Source: an uncultured candidatus Porisulfidus sp.
Lineage (GTDB): Bacteria; Pseudomonadota; Gammaproteobacteria; Poriferisulfidales; Oxydemutatoraceae
Assembly (NCBI GenBank): GCA_963693105.1
Contig: OY843752.1
Location: 776,646-840,645, forward strand
Length of the DNA: 64,000 bases
Direction of reading: 5' to 3'
The notes beneath the pieces are model-generated. The model ran no database searches. It was not told the DNA's origin and worked only from the letters and a program-made list of their open reading frames with translations. Of this stretch, positions 42,822 through 53,500 are shown one piece after another; position 1 is the stretch's first letter; each line of letters opens with the position of its first letter. Position numbers and translations under genes: made by a program.

Positions 42822-44750
42822 ATGAGCAAGATGATAGGTATTGACCTTGGAACGACCAATTCGTGCGTCGCCGTTATGGACGGCTCGACACCGAAGATTA
42901 TTGAGAACAGCGAAGGCGATCGCACGACGCCTTCCATTGTCGCGTTCAACGACAACGACGAAGTCCTGGTCGGCCAGCCGGCCAAGCGCCAGGCGGTTAC
43001 CAATCCCGTGAATACGCTGTTTGCCATCAAGCGGCTGATTGGCCGCCGCTACCAGGAAGATGAGGTGCAAAAGGACATGCAGCTGGTGCCCTACTCGATT
43101 GTCAAGGCGGACAACGGTGATGCGTGGGTCGAGGCGCACGGCAAAAAAATGTCGCCGCCGGAAGTTTCGGCGCGCATTCTGATGAAGATGAAGAAGACCG
43201 CCGAAGAATACCTTGGTGAAGAGGTCAAGGAGGCGGTGATTACGGTGCCCGCGTATTTTAACGATTCACAGAGGCAGGCAACGAAGGACGCCGGCAAAAT
43301 CGCCGGTCTCGAAGTCCAGCGCATTATCAACGAGCCGACCGCCGCGGCCCTTGCCTACGGCATGGACAAGCAGCAGGGCGACAGGAAAGTCGCCGTCTTT
43401 GATTTGGGCGGCGGCACGTTCGACATCTCGATTATCGAGATTGCCGAAGTGGATGGCGAGCACCAGTTTGAGGTGCACGCCACCAACGGCGACACTTTTC
43501 TCGGCGGCGAGGATTTTGACAAGCGGCTGATTGATTATCTGGCCGAGGAATTCAAAAAAGACCAGGGTATGGATCTGCAAAACGACCCGTTGGCGCTGCA
43601 ACGGTTGAAGGAAGCCGCGGAGAAGGCCAAGATCGAGTTGTCGTCGAGCCAGCAGACTGAAATCAACCTGCCTTACATCACCGCCGACCAGTCGGGGCCG
43701 AAGCACTTGAACATCAAGTTGACGCAGGCCAAGCTGGAGTCACTGGTCGAGGATTTGATTGAACGCACGATAGGGCCTTGCCGGCAGGCGCTCGAAGACG
43801 CCGGCATGAAAGCGGGCGATATTGACGAGGTCATTCTTGTCGGCGGGCAGACGCGCATGCCGAAGGTGCAGCAACGTGTCAGCGAGTTCTTCGGCAAGGA
43901 ACCGCGCCGGGACGTCAACCCGGATGAGGCGGTCGCGGCGGGCGCCGCGATTCAGGGTGGTGTGCTGGGCGGTGATGTCAAGGATGTGCTGCTGCTGGAC
44001 GTGACGCCGTTGTCTCTCGGCATTGAGACGCTCGGCGGCGTGATGACACGGCTGATTGACAAAAACACGACGATTCCGACGAACGCATCGCAGGTTTTTT
44101 CGACCGCGGAGGACAACCAGAGCGCGGTGAACGTGCATGTGCTGCAGGGCGAGCGCGAGAAAGCGTCCGGCAACAAATCACTCGGACGTTTCGACCTGGC
44201 GGGGATTCCGCCGGCGCCGCGCGGCGTACCGCAGATCGAGGTGTCCTTCGATATTGACGCGAACGGCATTCTCAACGTGTCGGCCAGGGACAAGGCGACC
44301 GGCAAGGAGCAATCCATCGTCATCAAGGCGTCGAGCGGCCTGTCCGACGATGAAATCAAACAGATGGTTTCGGATGCCGAGAAGCACGCCGAGGAGGACA
44401 AGCGCTTCCAGGAACTGGTCGGTGCGCGCAACCAGGCCGAGGCGTTGATTCATGCGACCGAGAAGTCGCTGAAGGAGTTGGGCGACAAGGTCGAGGACGA
44501 CGAACGCAAGAGCATCGAATCGGCGTCCGGTGAATTGCAGGAGGCTCTCAAGGGCGATGACAAATCGGCGATTGAGGCCCGGGCGCAGACACTGGCCGAG
44601 GTTTCCGGTAAACTCGCCGAGCGGATATACACGCAGCAACAGCAGGCGGAAGCGGGCACCGACGACGACGATACCGATAAAACTGACAGAGACAAAAATG
44701 ACGATACGGTGGACGCCGAATTCGAGGAAGTGGACGACTCCAGAAAATAA
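42822..44750 (+). CDS. dnaK: Chaperone DnaK
   Basis: [32 protein letters not shown]. Confidence 0.99.
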   Translation: MSKMIGIDLGTTNSCVAVMDGSTPKIIENSEGDRTTPSIVAFNDNDEVLVGQPAKRQAVTNPVNTLFAIKRLIGRRYQEDEVQKDMQLVPYSIVKADNGDAWVEAHGKKMSPPEVSARILMKMKKTAEEYLGEEVKEAVITVPAYFNDSQRQATKDAGKIAGLEVQRIINEPTAAALAYGMDKQQGDRKVAVFDLGGGTFDISIIEIAEVDGEHQFEVHATNGDTFLGGEDFDKRLIDYLAEEFKKDQGMDLQNDPLALQRLKEAAEKAKIELSSSQQTEINLPYITADQSGPKHLNIKLTQAKLESLVEDLIERTIGPCRQALEDAGMKAGDIDEVILVGGQTRMPKVQQRVSEFFGKEPRRDVNPDEAVAAGAAIQGGVLGGDVKDVLLLDVTPLSLGIETLGGVMTRLIDKNTTIPTNASQVFSTAEDNQSAVNVHVLQGEREKASGNKSLGRFDLAGIPPAPRGVPQIEVSFDIDANGILNVSARDKATGKEQSIVIKASSGLSDDEIKQMVSDAEKHAEEDKRFQELVGARNQAEALIHATEKSLKELGDKVEDDERKSIESASGELQEALKGDDKSAIEARAQTLAEVSGKLAERIYTQQQQAEAGTDDDDTDKTDRDKNDDTVDAEFEEVDDSRK

Positions 44751-44774
44751 TTCTTTGCGGACGTCAAGGGACTG

Positions 44775-45935
44775 ATGGCCAAGCGCGACTACTATGAAGT
44801 GCTGGGTGTTCCGCGCCAGTCCGACGACGGGCAACTGCGCAAGGCGTACCGCAAACTCGCGATGAAATACCACCCCGACCGCAACCAGGGGGACGAGTCG
44901 GCCGAGGGAAAATTCAAGGAAGCCAAGGAAGCCTATGAAGTGCTTTCCGATGCGCGCAAGCGCGCCGCGTACGACCAGTTCGGTCATGCCGGGGTGAATG
45001 CGTCGGCGGGCGGCGGTTTCGGCGGCGGCTTCGGCGACGGCGGCGGTCTTCACGACGTCTTCGACAATATTTTCAATGATTTCTTCGGAGTCGCGCAGGG
45101 ACGGCGCGGCGGATGGCGCGGACAGCGCACGGTCTATCGGGGCCGCGACCTGGAATACGGGGTGCAGTTGACGTTGGAGGAGGCCGCTTTCGGCATCGAG
45201 AAAACCATCCCCGTGACGACCATGCAAACCTGCGGGCACTGCGACGGCAAGGGCGCTGAGCCGGGCAGCGACATACGGGATTGTTCAACCTGCCGCGGCA
45301 GCGGCCAGGTGTGGGCGCAACAGGGGCCTTTCTCGATTCAGCGGACCTGTCCGCACTGCAAGGGACAGGGGCGTGTCATCGAGAAACCATGCACCGATTG
45401 CAGCGGTTCCGGGCGGGTGCGAAGCACGAAGACACTGGCGGTTCAGATTCCGGCCGGCGTTGACCGGGACGACCGTGTGCGCCTGAGCGGTGAAGGCGAG
45501 GCCGGCATCGGCGGCGGCCCGCCCGGCGATCTCTACATCGTCATCGACATCCGGCCGCACGAGGTGTTCCAGCGCAAGGACAATGATCTGCTGATTGACG
45601 TGCCGATTCCGTTGACAACCGCGGCGCTCGGCGGCGAGGTCGAGGTGCCGACGCTGAACGGGCGCGTCAAGCTGAAAGTGCCGGCGGGGACCCAGAGCGA
45701 CAAGTTGTTCAGAATGCGCGGCAAGGGCATCAAGTCAAAGCGCGAGTATTTCACCGGTGACCTGATTTGCCGCACCCATGTCGAAACCCCCGTGAATTTG
45801 ACGGCGCGCCAGAAGGAATTGCTGCGCGAGCTGGATACGTCGTTGTGCGGAGGCTCCTACAAGCACTCGCCGAAAGTGGGGCGCTGGATGGAGGGCATCA
45901 AAAGCTTTTTTGACAACCTGGATCTGAAGATTTGA
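44775..45935 (+). CDS. dnaJ: Chaperone DnaJ
   Basis: J domain HPD, G/F-rich region, four CxxCxGxG repeats. Confidence 0.98.
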   Translation: MAKRDYYEVLGVPRQSDDGQLRKAYRKLAMKYHPDRNQGDESAEGKFKEAKEAYEVLSDARKRAAYDQFGHAGVNASAGGGFGGGFGDGGGLHDVFDNIFNDFFGVAQGRRGGWRGQRTVYRGRDLEYGVQLTLEEAAFGIEKTIPVTTMQTCGHCDGKGAEPGSDIRDCSTCRGSGQVWAQQGPFSIQRTCPHCKGQGRVIEKPCTDCSGSGRVRSTKTLAVQIPAGVDRDDRVRLSGEGEAGIGGGPPGDLYIVIDIRPHEVFQRKDNDLLIDVPIPLTTAALGGEVEVPTLNGRVKLKVPAGTQSDKLFRMRGKGIKSKREYFTGDLICRTHVETPVNLTARQKELLRELDTSLCGGSYKHSPKVGRWMEGIKSFFDNLDLKI

Positions 45936-46771
45936 CGCCGGCAAAACATTCCGGTGCATCCTCCACGCGCGCGGTTCGCATTGCGATTCACGGTGTGGAG
46001 GGGCGCATGGGCCGTGCCGTGGCCGAAGCCGTGCCTTCTTTCACGCAACTCGAATGGACCCGCGCTTTCAGCTGGCCCGGTTCGCCGCGTCTGGGTGAAG
46101 ACGCCGGCGTCGTCGCCGGCTGTGGCAAAACCGGCGTCCAGCTGGAGTCTTCGGAGGCGATCGCCGGTGATGATTTTGATGTGCTGATTGATTTTTCGGT
46201 GCCGCAGGCCACGTTGCAGGCTTTGCGGGCCTGCGTTTCGGCGAAGCGGGCGATGGTCATCGGCACGACCGGTTTTTCCGGCGCCGAGTCGCGCGAGTTC
46301 AAAACCGCGGCGAAAACGATTCCGTTGGTCGTGGCGCCCAATATGAGTATCGGCGTCAACCTTTGCCTGAAATTACTCCGGCAGGCCGCGGCCGTGTTTG
46401 GCGAAGACGCCGATATCGAAATCGTCGAAGCGCATCACCGGCACAAAATTGACGCGCCGTCCGGCACCGCATTGAAGATGGGCGAAGTCGTCGCCGCAGC
46501 CCTTGGCCGCGATCTTGAGGACTGCGCCGTTTACCGGCGCCATGGCCAGACCGGGGCGCGGCGCAAAGGCACGATTGGTTTTCAGAGCATCCGGGCCGGC
46601 GACATCGTCGGCGAACACACCGTGATTTTTGCGCTGGACGGCGAGCGCATCGAGATTTCGCACAAAGCCGCGAGTCGGCTCGGTTTTGTGCGCGGTGCGC
46701 TGCACGCCGCCACGTGGCTTTCGGGACGTGCGCCGGGGCTTTACAACATGCAGGCTGTTCTCGGTCTCTGA
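45932..46771 (+). CDS. dapB: 4-hydroxy-tetrahydrodipicolinate reductase
   Basis: [24 protein letters not shown]. Confidence 0.96.
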   Translation: MTPAKHSGASSTRAVRIAIHGVEGRMGRAVAEAVPSFTQLEWTRAFSWPGSPRLGEDAGVVAGCGKTGVQLESSEAIAGDDFDVLIDFSVPQATLQALRACVSAKRAMVIGTTGFSGAESREFKTAAKTIPLVVAPNMSIGVNLCLKLLRQAAAVFGEDADIEIVEAHHRHKIDAPSGTALKMGEVVAAALGRDLEDCAVYRRHGQTGARRKGTIGFQSIRAGDIVGEHTVIFALDGERIEISHKAASRLGFVRGALHAATWLSGRAPGLYNMQAVLGL

Positions 46772-46916
46772 CGGGAATTTCGGCCGCACAAAGCTTCGCC
46801 GCCTCTGCCAAAAGGTATATGCCTGAGCCAGGTTGCCGCCGTGCTATACTCGGTCGTAGCACGGTCGGCAAGACTGGCTGTCATAACAATTCGAAAACTA
46901 AATTTAGGAGTTTCCA

Positions 46917-48281
46917 ATGACGAGAATATTTTCACGTTCTATTCTGGTGTCCGCAGCGGCGGCTCTCGGAATGATTGTGGGTCTGACGTCCACGGCAAAA
47001 GCCGATGAAACCTGCATGTCTCCCTATATGGCCAAGATCGTGGGCCAGGAGGACTATGTTTATATCTGGACGCTTGGCCTTGAAGGGGTCGGCGATGAGC
47101 AGGACAAACTGGTGACGATAGACGTCAACCCCGATTCGGGAACCTACGGCAAAGTGGTCGGAACCCTGTCGGTCGGCGGGCGCAACGAGGCGCACCATTC
47201 AGGTTTGACGGACGACCGCCGTTATCTCTGGGCTGGCGGCCTCGACACCAACAAGATTTTCATCTTCGATGTTCACAGCAATCCGCGCGAGCCGAAACTG
47301 CACCACGTGGTTACGGACTTTGTCGCGAAAACCGGCGGCCTGGTCGGCCCGCACACGTTCTACGCACTGCCCGGGCGCATCATGGTTTCGGCGTTGTCCA
47401 ACAACAAGGACCACGGCGGCCGCACCGGTCTTGCCGAGTACACCAACGAAGGTGAATTCGTCGCGGCGCACTGGCTGCCGACCGACAATGATTTGCGCGG
47501 CGCTGAAAAGACCGGCAAGCTGGCCGACGGTTACGGCTACGATGTGCGGGTGCTGCCTCGCCGCAACATCATGCTGACATCGTCGTTCACCGGCTGGTCG
47601 AACTACATGATGGATTTTGGCACGATGCTGAAAGACCCCGAGGCGATGAAGCGTTTCGGCAACACAATGGTGCTGTGGGATTTGCACACCCGCAAGCCGA
47701 AGAAAGTCTTCGATGTACCGGGTGCGCCGCTTGAAGTCCGCTGCGCGTGGCAGCCGGACCACAACTATTGCTTTACGACGACGGCCCTGACCTCGAAGAT
47801 GTGGATTGTCTATGAAGACGAGCACGGAGAATGGCATGCCAAGGAGAACGGCACCATCGGCGATCCGTCCAAAGTGCCGTTGCCGGTTGACATCTCGATT
47901 ACGGCGGATGACACGGGGATGTGGGTGCAGACTTTCATGGACGGCAAGAGTCGTTATTTCGACATCAGCGATCCGTTCAATGCGAAGCAGGTCTATGAGC
48001 ATGTTGTGGGCAGCCAGGTCAACATGATTTCACAAAGTTGGGATGGCAAGCGCGTTTACTACACATCGTCGCTGCTGGGCAACTGGGACAAGACCGGCGA
48101 CGCCGATGAGCAGTTCTTCAAGTCTTTCCGCTGGGACGGCAAGAAGGTGAAACTCCAGTTCGCCGTGGACTTCTACGCCGAGAAACTCGGTCGTCCGCAC
48201 CAGATGCGTTTCGGCGCCTACTCGCTCTACAGCGGTATGCCCGGCGCCGGGGCCACCAAACTGTCCGAGGTCGTCGAATAG
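46917..48281 (+). CDS. mtoX: Methanethiol oxidase (SBP56/SELENBP1 family, exported)
   Basis: Signal peptide, then DETCMSPY...YIWTLG...DKLVTID, EAHHSGLTDDRRYLWAG, GPHTFYALPGR; Trp residues in FTGW and GNWDK that may form the TTQ-type cofactor. Confidence 0.88.
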   Translation: MTRIFSRSILVSAAAALGMIVGLTSTAKADETCMSPYMAKIVGQEDYVYIWTLGLEGVGDEQDKLVTIDVNPDSGTYGKVVGTLSVGGRNEAHHSGLTDDRRYLWAGGLDTNKIFIFDVHSNPREPKLHHVVTDFVAKTGGLVGPHTFYALPGRIMVSALSNNKDHGGRTGLAEYTNEGEFVAAHWLPTDNDLRGAEKTGKLADGYGYDVRVLPRRNIMLTSSFTGWSNYMMDFGTMLKDPEAMKRFGNTMVLWDLHTRKPKKVFDVPGAPLEVRCAWQPDHNYCFTTTALTSKMWIVYEDEHGEWHAKENGTIGDPSKVPLPVDISITADDTGMWVQTFMDGKSRYFDISDPFNAKQVYEHVVGSQVNMISQSWDGKRVYYTSSLLGNWDKTGDADEQFFKSFRWDGKKVKLQFAVDFYAEKLGRPHQMRFGAYSLYSGMPGAGATKLSEVVE

Positions 48282-48305
48282 CCGGTTTTTCCGGACAATG
48301 AATCG

Positions 48306-48353
48306 CGGGGCGGAGCGGGGGCGCGGTGCGCTGAGCTCCCGCCGCCCCCGTTT
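48306..48353 (+). terminator. Possible terminator hairpin after mtoX
   Basis: Imperfect GC-rich inverted repeat followed by TTT. Confidence 0.4.
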
Positions 48354-48404
48354 CCTTGAATGTTCGAGCGAGCCCTTTGATGACGGCTGGGCCGCTTCCG
48401 AACA

Positions 48405-48959
48405 ATGCGAAAGACGCGCGACCCGCGTCGAGTTCATTCCAATCCGCCGCATCATCTTCGGCGACGGCGCGTCGCTGGATTGCTCGAAATTCAGGCGTCC
48501 GCGGACGCAATTCAGTCAACCCGGATTGTTCGACGTCGTGTAGTGGCGCTTTGGGAGAGTTACCGCCGCGCGGTTTTCCGGTTGCGGGAGCCGCTCGACA
48601 CCGGCGGCACTTTCGTGATTCTGACTGCCGACAACCCGCGAGGGGTTATCACGGACGCCGGGGCCAACCGCCGCGCCGAGCGCGCGCTTTTCGAAGAACT
48701 CCGCCTTTTGTGCAGGCCGTCGCGCCTGCAGGGATGTTCGCCGGATTGGAAACACTGCGAGAACAGTTTTGCGGCGGCGATTACCGGGCGACAGGCGCTG
48801 GCGCTCGCAAAGCGCTACCGTCAGAACGCAATCTACCGGGTGGAGGAGGGCTTGCTTTATCTGGCGCCCTGCCTGGTCAAAGATCATCCCGAGGAGTGCC
48901 TTGGACCTTTCGTCGGACGGGTGGTCCCCTCGACGATTCAGCCCGCTTTCGGCGTATAA
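48405..48959 (+). CDS. DUF3293-like protein (start uncertain)
   Basis: ILTADNPRG...GCSPDWKHCENSF...ALALAKRYRQNAIY pattern. Confidence 0.65.
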   Translation: MRKTRDPRRVHSNPPHHLRRRRVAGLLEIQASADAIQSTRIVRRRVVALWESYRRAVFRLREPLDTGGTFVILTADNPRGVITDAGANRRAERALFEELRLLCRPSRLQGCSPDWKHCENSFAAAITGRQALALAKRYRQNAIYRVEEGLLYLAPCLVKDHPEECLGPFVGRVVPSTIQPAFGV

Positions 48960-48967
48960 TTTTTGGC

Positions 48968-49156
48968 ATGTACGTTTGCGTCTGCAAGGCCATCACCGAA
49001 GAGCAAATCAGGCAAGCCGTCGCCGAGGGGGTGGACAGTCTGGCCCAATTGCGCGACAGGTTCGGGCTGGGCGTTGATTGCGGCAAATGTTGCGAATACG
49101 CCAGGCGCTGCCTCGACGCCGCAAAATCCGATGACGGCTCCGACCCGTTTGTTTGA
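48968..49156 (+). CDS. bfd: Bacterioferritin-associated ferredoxin
   Basis: MYVCVCKAITE...CGKC, 62 aa, directly upstream of bfr. Confidence 0.92.
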   Translation: MYVCVCKAITEEQIRQAVAEGVDSLAQLRDRFGLGVDCGKCCEYARRCLDAAKSDDGSDPFV

Positions 49157-49168
49157 GAATGACTATCA
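49154..49168. promoter_or_regulatory. Fur box (7-1-7)
   Basis: TGAGAAT-G-ACTATCA versus TGATAAT-N-ATTATCA (2 mismatches), between iron-storage genes. Confidence 0.65.
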
Positions 49169-49266
49169 GTGTGCAACGGATTCGTATTTTCGGGCGGCGT
49201 GTATCCCCGCTGCCTGGTTTATAATGAAGACACGAACGAGATCATTGTTTGAGGAGGTGATGTCTC

Positions 49267-49731
49267 ATGAAAGGCGACCGTGTTGTTATCGAACATTTGA
49301 ACAAGGTGCTGCACAACGAGCTGACGGCGATCAACCAGTATTTTTTGCATGCCCGCATGTACAAAAACTGGGGATTTCACAAGCTCAATGAGCACGAATA
49401 CAACGAATCCATTGACGAGATGAAACACGCCGACCTGCTGGTCGAGCGCATCCTGTTCCTGGAAGGCCTGCCCAATCTGCAGGACATCGGGAAACTGCTG
49501 ATCGGACAGAAGCCGGAAGAAATGCTTCAGTGCGACCTGGAACTGGAACGCATGGCGGTGCCGGATTTGAAGGCCGGCATCGAATACTGCGAAAAGAACG
49601 GTGATTACGTTTCACGCGAGTTGTTCGAGAGGATTCTCGAAAGCGAAGAGGAACACATCGACTGGCTGGAGACACAGTTTGACCGCATCCGGCGAGTCGG
49701 CCTGGAAAACTATCTCCAGTCCATGATGTAG
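49267..49731 (+). CDS. bfr: Bacterioferritin
   Basis: [32 protein letters not shown]. Confidence 0.97.
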   Translation: MKGDRVVIEHLNKVLHNELTAINQYFLHARMYKNWGFHKLNEHEYNESIDEMKHADLLVERILFLEGLPNLQDIGKLLIGQKPEEMLQCDLELERMAVPDLKAGIEYCEKNGDYVSRELFERILESEEEHIDWLETQFDRIRRVGLENYLQSMM

Positions 49732-50119
49732 TGCAATTTTCAAGGCGTGGAATGACCACGACACGAACGCCATCCTCGCAACTTTCAACAAAGGCGGAAC
49801 GTACTCCGATCCTGTCGCCGGAGCGGATTTGCACGGTGCAGCCCTGGCCGGCTATGCCCAGTCCCTGTTGGATGCGTTTCCCGACCTGAAGCTTGAGTTG
49901 GTCGGCAGCGCCGAGGCGAGCAACGGCGCAATCGCCGCACCGTGGCTGCTGTTCGGAACACATCGGGGAGAACTCATGGGCAATGCGCCGACCGGAAAGA
50001 AAGCCGTGTTGCCCGGTTGCGACTTCCTCGTGGTCAGCAACGGCCGGATAGACTCCGTAAAAGGCTTTTTTGACCCCGCCGACCTGATGGCGCAACTGGG
50101 TCTCGAAGCGCGGGAATAA
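49731..50119 (+). pseudogene. SnoaL-like/ester cyclase (NTF2 fold), 5' truncated or frameshifted
   Basis: Frame reads FKAWNDHDTNAILATF...YSDP...AFPDL...GTHRG...FFD, with no in-frame start between TGA 49724-49726 and this motif. Confidence 0.6.
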
Positions 50120-50159
50120 CCTGTACCCTCTCCGGACCATCCGGGGAAAGTCTGAAATC

Positions 50160-50514
50160 TGGTGGAGGCGGCGGGAATCGAACCCGCGTCCGCCTATTCT
50201 ACGCCCTCGGCCCTACATGCTTAGTCCGTCTTCATATCCCGACCGCTTTTGACGGACAAAAAATCCGGCCGGGCTGTTCGCATTAGGAGTTTAACCGACC
50301 GACCGCGAACCAGCCGCCCGGCGAGCTTGTAAAAATGACTCCCGCTCCGGTGTTACAAGCACCGCCGGGCGGAAGGCATAGCCGGTTTCTTAGGCCGCTA
50401 ATGCGTAGTTGTCTTGGTTGGCAACTATTATTTTGCAGCAAGTTTAACGAGTTTAGCTACATGCTCGGCATGCGCCTCCGGTTTCGCAATACACGTCGAA
50501 GCCGAATCGCCCCC
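50160..50514 (-). ncRNA. ssrA: tmRNA
   Basis: 5' GGGGGCG pairs with 3' CGCCTCC-ACCA; T-arm GGTTCGATTCC; tag reading frame ANQDNYALAA-stop. Confidence 0.96.
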
Positions 50515-50582
50515 AGAGCTTTCATTATAGCACGGGCGCGCAACACCGGCCCCGCGCCGGTCCGCCGTCTATAATAGGCCGC

Positions 50583-53500
50583 ATGCAAATCCTCTACGGC
50601 CCTCCGCCCTTGTCGGAATTCAGGCGACGGCAGTTGCTTGCCCGGTTGCAGTCGGTTTGTGCCGCCGTTTCCGGTTTGCAGGCCGCCACGGTTTATTTCC
50701 TCGACATGGACGGTGACCCCGGCGAGCGTGTGCGCCGCCGCCTCGGCTCGTTGCTCGCGCCGGACGGCGCCCCGGCGTCGGCGGCGCCCGCCGCCACGGA
50801 CGCTACTGTTTATGTGATTCCGAGAACGGGGACGGTTTCGCCGTGGTCGAGCAAGGCGACCGACATTTTCCATGTCTGCGGACTCGAACAAGTTCGGCGG
50901 GTGGAGCGCGGCGCCTGCTATTGCGTGCAGGCGCGGCGGAAGTTGTCCGCCGCCGAGCACGGCGCGTGCGCGGTTTTGCTGCACGACAGGATGACCGAGG
51001 CGGTGTGTGATTCGCCGCCGCCTTCCGGCCGGGTTTTTGCGCACGCCGCGGCGAGGCCGTTGCGCGAGGTCGCGCTGGACGTCGATCCGCTCGACCAATT
51101 GCAATCCGTCAACCGCGACTGGGGGCTTGCGCTGTCGCAAGATGAAATGGCCTACCTGCTCGACCATTACTCCGGACAGAAGCGTGCGCCGACCGACGCC
51201 GAGTTGATGATGTTCGCACAGGCCAATTCCGAACACTGCCGCCACAAGTTGTTCAATGCCGAATGGACGCTCGACGGATGCCGCCGGGAAAAGACGCTGT
51301 TCGAGATGATCCGGCACACGCACGCCTGCTCGCCGCATGGCGTGCTGTCGGCGTACGAAGACAACGCGGCCGTTGTTGCGGGCGCCGTGGCGCGCCGCCT
51401 CGTGATTGACGCCGAAACGCGGCGCTATCGTTACGTCGAAGAAGAGCAGCCCATCCTGATAAAAGTCGAGACCCACAACCATCCGACCGCGATCTCGCCG
51501 TTTCCGGGCGCCGCCACCGGCGCCGGCGGCGAGATTCGCGACGAGGCGGCGACCGGGCGCGGCGGGCGTCCGAAGGCGGGTTTGACCGGTTTCAGCGTGT
51601 CGAATTTGCGAATTCCGGATTTCATCCAGCCGTGGGAGGGTCCTGAAAAGCGGCCTTCACGAATCGCCTCGCCGCTGCAGATTATGATCGAAGGGCCCAT
51701 CGGCAGCGCGGGTTTTAACAACGAGTTCGGGCGTCCGAATCTGTGCGGTTATTTCAGAACTTTCGAACACGGCGGCAATGGGCGAACCTGGGGCTATCAC
51801 AAGCCGATGATGGTCGCCGGCGGGCTGGGCAGTCTGCGCGCCGCCCACGTCGCCAAGCAGGCTTTTGCGGACGGCACGCCGCTGGTCGTGTTCGGCGGGC
51901 CGGCGATGCGGATCGGTCTCGGCGGCGGATCGGCCTCGTCGGTCGGCGGCGGCGCCAGTTCGGAGGAACTTGATTTCGCGTCGGTGCAGCGGGACAACGC
52001 CGAGATTCAGCGGCGTTGTCAGGAAGTCATCGAGCAATGTACCGCGCTGGGCGCCGGCAATCCGATTCTCGCGATTCACGACGTGGGTGCGGGCGGACTC
52101 GCCAACGCCTTGCCGGAGCTGGTGCACGGCGCAGGTCTCGGCGGCCGTTTCGAACTCAGGGAAATTCCCTGCGCCGACCATGGTTTGTCGCCGATGGAAA
52201 TCTGGTGCAACGAGGCGCAGGAGCGTTACGTCGCGGCCGTCTCCGCCGCGCGTCTGCCGGATTTTCTCGGCTTCTGCGACCGCGAACGCTGCCCGGTGGC
52301 GGTCATCGGCCGCGCGACCGCGCAACGGCAGCTGATAGTCGAGGATCGCCTGTTTGGACGGGACGCGGTGCACATGCCGATGCCGGTGTTACTCGGCAAT
52401 CCGCCGCGCGGCTCACGTTCGGTCGCGGCGGCGTCTTACGCGGCAGGCGCTTCGTCGCTCGACGGCATGGAGCTCGGCGAGGCCGTCGAGCGCGTGCTGA
52501 AAATCCCGGCGGTCGCGTCCAAGTCGTTCCTGATTACGATTGGAGACCGCAGCGTCAGCGGGCTGGTGGTGCGCGACCAGATGGTCGGGCCGTGGCAGAC
52601 GCCGGTCGCCGACGCCGCGGTGACGGCGGCGGATTATTCGGGCTGCGCCGGCGAGGCGATGGCAATGGGGGAACGCACGCCGGTGGCCATTGGCAACGCG
52701 CCTGCGTCGGGGCGCCTGGCCGTCACTGAGGCGTTGCTCAATATTATGTCAGCCGATGTCCGGGCGCTGGGCGATGTCCGGCTGTCGGCCAACTGGATGG
52801 CCGCCGCCGGCGATGATGCACAGGCGGCGGCGTTGTTCGACACCGTCCACGCGGTGGCGCAGGAACTGTGCCCCGAACTCGGCATTGCGATTCCCGTCGG
52901 CAAGGATTCGCTGTCAATGCAGATGGCCTGGCAGGCGGACGGGCGCAGCGAACAGGTCGTCTCCCCGCTGTCGCTGGTGGTGTCCGCCTTCGCGCCGGTT
53001 GCGGATGTGCGCGACACCCTGACGCCGCAACTCGACCCGGGCGTGCCGGGCGCAAGGCTGTGGCTGGTGGATCTTGGCGGCGGCAGGAACCGCCTCGGCG
53101 GTTCCTGCCTGATGCAGGCATACGGGCGAATTGGCGGCGAGCCGCCCGATCTCGATGAGCCACGGAAACTGACGGCCCTGTTTGCCCTGCTGCGCGAGTT
53201 GCGCGACCGCGGGATGTTGCTTGCTTATCACGACCGCAGCGATGGCGGCCTTTTCGCCTGCCTTGTCGAGATGGCTTTCGCCGGACACTGCGGTGTGCGT
53301 TGCGACCCGGGAGAGACGGGCGCCGATTTCATGGCGCCGCTTTTTTCGGAGGAGCCGGGCGTCGTAATCCAGGTGACGGCGCAAGCGGCGAAGTTGCTGC
53401 CATCGCTTGCGCGGCGGCACGGTTTGTCTTCCGATTGCCGCGATGTCGGTTGCTGTATTTCCGAACTGAATTTTGAAATCCGCGGCGGCGGATTATCGCG

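Noticed and set aside
48356-48967. Long N-terminal extension of Bfd (266-aa ORF)
   Set aside because: Bfd begins at the canonical MYVCVC (48968); the upstream part overlaps the DUF3293-like gene in another frame
50100-50200. Prophage or genomic island integrated at ssrA
   Set aside because: No integrase gene and no duplicated ssrA 3' end were seen in the window
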